The notes below the pieces were generated by a model. It had not been told where the DNA came from and made no database searches. It saw only the letters and a list, made by a program, of their open reading frames with translations. DNA of 63,365 nucleotides from a virus (lineage: Duplodnaviria > Caudoviricetes): positions 1 through 63,365 of IMG/VR virus record IMGVR_UViG_3300031566_000026. The stretch is one strand, 5' to 3'. A program made the translations under genes and the position numbers. Positions 61,599-63,365 of this stretch are shown piece after piece (the first letter of the stretch is position 1; each line of letters opens with the position of its first letter).

Positions 61599-61909
61599 GG
61601 AACCTCCAGGAATGCGTCCACGCCATCGAATACCGGAATGCCCAGATTCCGGGCCTGCTCCACCTCCAGGTCCGCGCCCGCCGATTCCCCCGGCATGCGC
61701 ACGAGGGCGTCACAGGCTCGGATCCATTCCATGTCCAGGCGCATCCAGTCCTCCCAAGGGTGGGGCGATACCGTGTGCCACAGGTGCGAAAGATGGGGCA
61801 GGTACGGTAGGTGCCCGGCGTCGAAGATCCGGTCGGCCGCGTGGATGGCGTTGCGGACGTTCACCACCACGTCGCCCTTCGTGTAGGGCCCGGCGATGTA
61901 GACTCTCAT
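61595..61909 (-). CDS. nucleoside 2-deoxyribosyltransferase-like (DUF4406-type) protein
   Basis: VYIAGPYT, CDAL, GESAGADLE, GIPVF motifs. Confidence 0.8.
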   Translation of the reverse strand: MRVYIAGPYTKGDVVVNVRNAIHAADRIFDAGHLPYLPHLSHLWHTVSPHPWEDWMRLDMEWIRACDALVRMPGESAGADLEVEQARNLGIPVFDGVDAFLEVP

Positions 61910-62226
61910 ATCTTCGTCTCTTTCGGTTTCTTCACCAGTTCTGCCCTTAGGATTTGGGCGCTCATCGCCGCGCTGTTCACGCAGGCGGCCTTCCGGCAGC
62001 ACAGTACCGTCTTCGTGCGCTCCATCTCGCGCTCCAGGTCGTAGGCGTCCAGTGGCCCGCCGCACTCGCACGTCAGCGCCACCCCGGCTGCGTTCTTCGC
62101 GTCACGCGCCACCAGCCGCATCCGGGCCCGTGCCTTCATCGTGCTCGGCTTCCAGGCCACCGGGCCAGGGTAGAAGGCGTCCCCTCCGGCGCCTGCCAGC
62201 TTGCCCAAGTTACCTCCGCGCTTCAT
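61906..62226 (-). CDS. hypothetical Cys-containing protein
   Basis: Coupled at both ends; CECGG and CCRKAAC. Confidence 0.55.
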   Translation of the reverse strand: MKRGGNLGKLAGAGGDAFYPGPVAWKPSTMKARARMRLVARDAKNAAGVALTCECGGPLDAYDLEREMERTKTVLCCRKAACVNSAAMSAQILRAELVKKPKETKI

Positions 62227-63281
62227 ATATCGTCCTCCTTGCTTTTTACCGGCCGCAGGGCGTTTCGCTTGAAGGGAGAATAATCGACGAGGTGCTGGTC
62301 CCGGCCCCACCGCTCCGTCACCGTCGTCACGTCCGGATGCTGCGTAACGAGGGACTCCGCCATCTGCCGCCGTCCATCCTCACGGTACAGCTCCTCCGTG
62401 TTTCCTCCTCCCATCGTCATTGTCGGCATCTTCTTACAGCTCCACGCATTGAAGAGCGCCGTACACCACCCAGCCTTGAGGGCGCGTAGGCTAAGGTCCG
62501 TATCCTCGTTATACCGCCCGCGCCAGCGGAACGGTAGCGCGTTAAGGATCAGAATGCAGGAGTAGATCCGCGTGTTCAGCCGGAAAGGCGGCTGCTTCTC
62601 TCGGCGAAGGACGAAGAACTCATAATTGGGACCCGCCATTGCCACGTTCTCGTAGCGGTCCGCGAAGTCCTCTATCGGGGTAAGCGGATTCTCATCAATA
62701 ACCTTCACCTTCAGGTTCCGGTTCAGGCGATAGAACCCGTCGATGTTGTCATCGAGGATCCAGTGCCGCTTCGCCCCCGTCCCGAGCGCGTGCTCCCAGA
62801 CCCAGTTACGAGCCGGAATGGAGCCCTGCCCCAGGTTTGAGAACGGGAGAGTCAGGACCTGCTCCGACGCGATGACCGCGGCATACTGCTCCCGCTCTTG
62901 CGGCTCGATGACGACATGGTAGGGGATCCCGAGACGTTCCAACGCCTTCACGGTTAGGCGCGATTCCCAGCGCCCCTTCGAGATCACGTAGACTGGGTAT
63001 CGGTTCGGGGGCACGACGCACGGCGGCGCGTTCCTCACGCTCTGCTGCAGGTACTCCATCGTCGGGTACCAGATGGATTTCCTCCGCGCCGGATCCTCAC
63101 CGACGAGGAGGAGAAATGCCCGCCGGTCCTCCTCATTCCGGAACTGCACGGTGATCGAGTCTGCCGGAGTCTTATCCTCTGAGATGAACTCCGGCATCCC
63201 GATCCAATGGGGCTTCCACCAGTCCAGGGCTTCGAGATCGAAGAGCGTGCTTTGTCCGTCTTCGTTCCGTTCATCGTCCAC
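62223..63281 (-). CDS. GREB1-like / TET-JBP-associated glycosyltransferase
   Basis: YVISKGR, ARNW, WILDDN, NTRIYSC, YNEDTDLSL, GGNT motifs; SD GGAGGAG before GTG. Confidence 0.8.
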   Translation of the reverse strand: MDDERNEDGQSTLFDLEALDWWKPHWIGMPEFISEDKTPADSITVQFRNEEDRRAFLLLVGEDPARRKSIWYPTMEYLQQSVRNAPPCVVPPNRYPVYVISKGRWESRLTVKALERLGIPYHVVIEPQEREQYAAVIASEQVLTLPFSNLGQGSIPARNWVWEHALGTGAKRHWILDDNIDGFYRLNRNLKVKVIDENPLTPIEDFADRYENVAMAGPNYEFFVLRREKQPPFRLNTRIYSCILILNALPFRWRGRYNEDTDLSLRALKAGWCTALFNAWSCKKMPTMTMGGGNTEELYREDGRRQMAESLVTQHPDVTTVTERWGRDQHLVDYSPFKRNALRPVKSKEDDI

Positions 63282-63365
63282 CGGGCGTCTCCTCCACCAG
63301 ACCGCGCAGGAAGTTGGCCGCATCGCGTCTGTGCTCCGGATCGTTCCACCACAGGTTGACGCCGG

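Noticed and set aside
2009-62489. Long plus-strand ORFs (e.g. 7836-9599, 11004-12617, 24739-26307, 29086-30696)
   Set aside because: Antisense shadows of GC-rich minus-strand genes with no recognisable motifs
1-63365. Stop-codon reassignment
   Set aside because: No suppressor tRNA; core genes are intact in the standard code and end in TGA, TAG or TAA with normal coupling

Overview
GC-rich tailed-phage (siphovirus-like) genome segment; essentially all genes are on the minus strand. In transcription order (right to left): a long early/accessory region of small modular ORFs with DNA-modification genes (a TET/JBP-associated-type glycosyltransferase and three methyltransferases); terminase (TerL carries a class-3 intein); portal; MuF with a metallopeptidase tail; scaffold; major capsid; head-tail and tail genes; tape measure; a large LamG-type fibre; lysis genes; a metallophosphoesterase; about 800 nt of promoter-preceded, hairpin-dense non-coding DNA; and an array of 11 tRNAs plus one atypical tRNA-like element. 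Best leads: (1) an endonuclease VII-type gene nested in the +1 frame inside a C5 DNA methyltransferase whose own frame stays open, with no intron or intein, in a gene that also hides an EcoHK31I-type beta subunit; (2) a 142-bp covarying structured element inserted in-frame in two different ORFs; (3) a tail gene split by a 4.2-kb cassette of collagen-like G-X-T repeats plus a glycosyltransferase-methyltransferase; (4) a candidate large ncRNA upstream of the tRNA array. All family calls come from motif recognition by eye; no searches were run. No integrase, replication genes or CRISPR array were seen.
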